Below, piece after piece: positions 60,932-64,000 of a DNA stretch of 64,000 bases. Source of the stretch: Nibricoccus sp. (GTDB lineage: Bacteria; Verrucomicrobiota; Verrucomicrobiia; Opitutales; Opitutaceae); the NCBI GenBank assembly GCA_047602425.1, contig JASGHG010000001.1, forward strand, positions 1,376,001-1,440,000, given 5' to 3'. The notes under the pieces were generated by a model. The model had not been told where the DNA came from and did no database searches. It worked only from the letters and a program-made list of their open reading frames with translations. Numbering within the stretch: position 1 is the first letter of the stretch; each line of letters starts with the position of its first letter. The translations under genes and the position numbers were made by a program.

Positions 60932-62017
60932 TTAAGCGGCGCCCAGTTCGCGCCAGACCGTTTCAACCAATGACGGATCGACGCCCGACTGCGTCGCTGC
61001 TTCGCCGAGTTTTTTCATGACGACGAAACGAAGCATGCCACCGCGGACTTTTTTGTCGCGCGCCATCGCGGCCATCAAAGCGGGAATAGGCAAAGACTCG
61101 CGCAGGCGGACCGGCAAGGCGTGCGCGGCGACAACCTGGTCGACCCGCGCAACATCCGATCCTCCGATAAATTTGAGCTTCGCCGACAGTCGCGCGGCCG
61201 CCGCCAAACCAATTGCCACCGCCTCACCGTGCAAATAAGTGCCGTATCCCGTGACTTGCTCGATCGCGTGGCCGAAGGTGTGTCCGAGATTGAGCAAGGC
61301 TCGGCCGCCCTCCTTTGCGAGTTCGCGCTCGTCGGCCTCGACGATACGGGCTTTGGCCGCGCAACAGGCGCGCACGACTGCCGCAAGCGCGGAACTTGTC
61401 ACGGTGAGCGGCTGGCGCTCGAGCTGTTCGAAGAGGGAATAATCACCAAGGAGTCCGTACTTGATCACCTCCGCCATGCCCGCGGCAAATTCGCGCGGCG
61501 GAAGCGTATCGAGCAATCCCGTTGCGATATAAACCGCCTTGGGCTGATGGAACGCGCCGACGAGGTTTTTGCCGGCTTTCAGATTGATACCGGTTTTGCC
61601 GCCCACCGAACTATCGACCATCGCCAGCAAAGTGGTCGGCACCTGGATAAAATCGATTCCGCGCAAATATGAAGCCGCGACAAACCCGGCGAGGTCGCCG
61701 ATCACACCGCCGCCGATCGCGAGAACCGCGCTGGTCCGGTCCACCCGTTGCTCCGCCAAAAAATCCAAGGCACGGGCGTATTCGCGCACGGATTTTGTTT
61801 CTTCACCGGCCTCAAAAAGCAGGGCCGGGGCGCCGCCAGTCATCGCAGCGAGCGCGGCTTTCTGTTTTTCAGCGACGTTGCGATCGCTCAAAACGACGAC
61901 TTTGCGGCCAGCCTGAGTTAATGCGTCGACGGCCGCACGAACCTGCACATTTAAATCGCGCCCAAAATGCAGGGAATAGCTACGTTCACCGAGATTTACG
62001 CCGAGGCTTTCGACCAT
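60932..62017 (-). CDS. aroB: 3-dehydroquinate synthase
   Basis: GGGVIGDLAGF, PTTLLAMVDSSVGGKTG, LNLGHTFGHAIE, HGEAV. Confidence 0.96.
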   Translation of the reverse strand: MVESLGVNLGERSYSLHFGRDLNVQVRAAVDALTQAGRKVVVLSDRNVAEKQKAALAAMTGGAPALLFEAGEETKSVREYARALDFLAEQRVDRTSAVLAIGGGVIGDLAGFVAASYLRGIDFIQVPTTLLAMVDSSVGGKTGINLKAGKNLVGAFHQPKAVYIATGLLDTLPPREFAAGMAEVIKYGLLGDYSLFEQLERQPLTVTSSALAAVVRACCAAKARIVEADERELAKEGGRALLNLGHTFGHAIEQVTGYGTYLHGEAVAIGLAAAARLSAKLKFIGGSDVARVDQVVAAHALPVRLRESLPIPALMAAMARDKKVRGGMLRFVVMKKLGEAATQSGVDPSLVETVWRELGAA

Positions 62018-62072
62018 GACGTGTTAAAATCCTTCGTCGTTAAATCGGTCAATCCTGCGGTTTTATATATTT

Positions 62073-62121
62073 ATTGAGATATAGTCTCAATCGTTAGCTT
62101 GACATGCGACTGTGTCTCAGT
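62073..62121. promoter_or_regulatory. Palindromic TGAGA-N5-TCTCA boxes (candidate iron-repressor sites) flanking TTGACA
   Basis: ATTGAGATATAGTCTCAAT (62073-62091), TGCGACTGTGTCTCA (62105-62119), TTGACA at 62099-62104. Confidence 0.6.
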
Positions 62122-62171
62122 CGCTTTAGAGCCATTCTTATCGCTTAAACAGCAACTTCACTCTTTTCATA

Positions 62172-64000
62172 ATGAGACTGCGTCCTATTCTCTCTTTAAC
62201 CGCCCTCGCAACAGTGACTTCCTTGTCGTTGTTCTCCGCTGAAAAGACGGCGGATCTCGCACTCTATGCTGACGGCGCCGTTATCGCGCTCGACAAATTC
62301 GAAGTTGTCGGGACTCAAACCACGGCCGTCGATACCACCGTTCAAAAACTACCCACCACCGTCAAAGACACGCCCCGCAGCCTCAGCGTCATCGATTCCT
62401 CCCGGATGCGCGAGCAGGACTTTCAAGTTGGCTCTGACCTGTTGTTTTGGATTCCCGGCATCAACACCAATGGCGCCGTCCAAGAAAGCTACCACTTCTA
62501 CGCCCGTGGCTATCGCATGACGGCCAACGAATGGCGCGTCGATGGTTTTGCCGGCCGCATCATCGGTGGCAGCTATTCGCCCAACCTTTTTGGCTACGAA
62601 CAGGTCGTCGCGTTGAAAGGTCCCTCCGGCCTGCTTTACGGCAACGCTTCCTCGCCCGGCGGTCTCATCAATCTTATCACCAAAAAGCCCCAGGAGCAGA
62701 CTTCCATCAACATCGACACCCGCACGCGCACTTTCGCAGGCAAGGATTCTGGTTTCGGGGATCGTGTAAGCACCGAGGTCGAACTCGATGCCACCGGCAA
62801 AGTTACTAAAAACGGACGCCTTCTTTACCGTCTCCTCGGCAGCGTTGAACAAACCGCCCTCACGTACGACGGACAGACCGACGCCAACCAATTCTACCGC
62901 CTTTCCTTCACCTACAAACTCGATGCCGCCGGCCGCTTCCGTCTCACGCCGATGTTCGAATGGTCCGAGGAAACCCGTGCCGCGCGCAACGCCGTCATTT
63001 CTCCCGCTTCCTCACGCACCACCAATGACGGCCGCACCGACTACACCATCGCCGACGTCTCCCCGCGGGATATCAACCTCGCCGCCGGTCAACGCGTCGA
63101 CCGCAATCGCACCGCCGGTCTCGATCTGAACCTCGACTTCACTTCCGAATGGACCGCCGTCCTCAGCCTTCGCGACCATCAGCGTGACATGAACAACAAC
63201 GTTTGGAACATCCAGACCGGCACGCCCAATACCCTCACCCAAACCAACCTCGCAGATCCAAAAAGCTGGGTCGTCAGCCGCCGGCATGCCCGCAGCAAGA
63301 GCGATATCGGCACGTTCTCCTACGACGCCAATACCACGTACAAATTTCTCAACACGTCCTCCGTCAAAAGCCTTGTCCAACTCGGCCTCAACGGCCGCCA
63401 GACCGAGAATCAGGCATACACTTTCGTCACAAGCACCCTCGACCAGTCACCCATCAACATCTACACCGGCATCACCTCCAGTCCGCTTGTCGCCGTTGTT
63501 CCCGCCACGCCCACCCTCGGCAATCTGACCCGCACGGACGTCTGGAACGCCTACGCACAAAGCCAGACCGAGTTTTGGGACAAACTCATCGCCACCATTG
63601 GCGTCGGCCAGGCCAACGAAAAAACCCGCACGACCACAGCTGCTGGCGTCACCACGTTTTCACCGAAGCGCAATAGCGACCTCACGCCGAATGTCGGCCT
63701 CGTCTTCCGCGTGACAAAAGATGTGTCTCTCTACGCCAGCTATTCGAACAGCTACACGCTCGTTGACCCCGCTGCCGAAGATATTTCGGGCAATACCGGC
63801 AACTTCAAACCCACCGAGGGCGACAACTATGAAATCGGCTTCAAGGGCGATTTCTTCAAACGCCGTATTTCTGCGGGCGTCACCGCCTTTGTCACCGAAC
63901 TCAACAATGTCCTCGTCGCGTCCGCCGCTACCGAACTAAACCTAAAGAACAATCCATTCTACCGCCAGCTCGACACCGGCCGCAAATCCGAGGGCGTCGA
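62172..64000 (+). CDS. TonB-dependent siderophore receptor (partial, runs off right edge)
   Basis: MRLRPILSLTALATVTSLSLFSA signal; KDTPRSLSVID, VALKGPSGLLYG...PGGLINLITKKP plug motifs. Missing from the ORF track because there is no stop in the window. Confidence 0.9.
   Translation, partial: MRLRPILSLTALATVTSLSLFSAEKTADLALYADGAVIALDKFEVVGTQTTAVDTTVQKLPTTVKDTPRSLSVIDSSRMREQDFQVGSDLLFWIPGINTNGAVQESYHFYARGYRMTANEWRVDGFAGRIIGGSYSPNLFGYEQVVALKGPSGLLYGNASSPGGLINLITKKPQEQTSINIDTRTRTFAGKDSGFGDRVSTEVELDATGKVTKNGRLLYRLLGSVEQTALTYDGQTDANQFYRLSFTYKLDAAGRFRLTPMFEWSEETRAARNAVISPASSRTTNDGRTDYTIADVSPRDINLAAGQRVDRNRTAGLDLNLDFTSEWTAVLSLRDHQRDMNNNVWNIQTGTPNTLTQTNLADPKSWVVSRRHARSKSDIGTFSYDANTTYKFLNTSSVKSLVQLGLNGRQTENQAYTFVTSTLDQSPINIYTGITSSPLVAVVPATPTLGNLTRTDVWNAYAQSQTEFWDKLIATIGVGQANEKTRTTTAAGVTTFSPKRNSDLTPNVGLVFRVTKDVSLYASYSNSYTLVDPAAEDISGNTGNFKPTEGDNYEIGFKGDFFKRRISAGVTAFVTELNNVLVASAATELNLKNNPFYRQLDTGRKSEGV

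Overview
GC-rich bacterial chromosomal segment. Gene content and style suggest Verrucomicrobiota/Opitutaceae (inference). From left to right: (1) the end of an ECF sigma / zinc-finger anti-sigma pair and a hybrid kinase-NarL pair; (2) a ~15 kb chemosensory operon (mcp-cheW-cheR-cheD-cheB-cheY-like, an MCP/CheZ-motif protein, hybrid kinase, STAS, cheY, cheA) headed by a secreted beta-carbonic anhydrase; (3) a GDSL hydrolase, a SprA-related protein, a TonB-dependent receptor with a sigma54-type promoter, lpdA, an M15 peptidase and an SPFH/Arc pair; (4) a Fur/Irr-like regulator with sufCBD; (5) a tandem duplication of an ~8.2 kb cassette lying between sufD and sufT; (6) housekeeping genes murA, ruvB, an S1/P1 nuclease, an amidase, infC, an IscA-like carrier, pdxA, lpxA, aroB and a partial TonB siderophore receptor. 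Each cassette copy contains a conserved operator-bearing leader, a secreted PL3 pectate lyase, two Trp-rich helical-repeat membrane-anchored proteins, secreted ankyrin protein(s) and a convergent TMTC-like GT-C glycosyltransferase-TPR gene. This cassette is the best candidate for an undescribed system (possibly dedicated folding, glycosylation or export of a secreted enzyme). No rRNA, tRNA, CRISPR array or transposase was recognised. All calls come from reading motifs by eye; no database searches were run.
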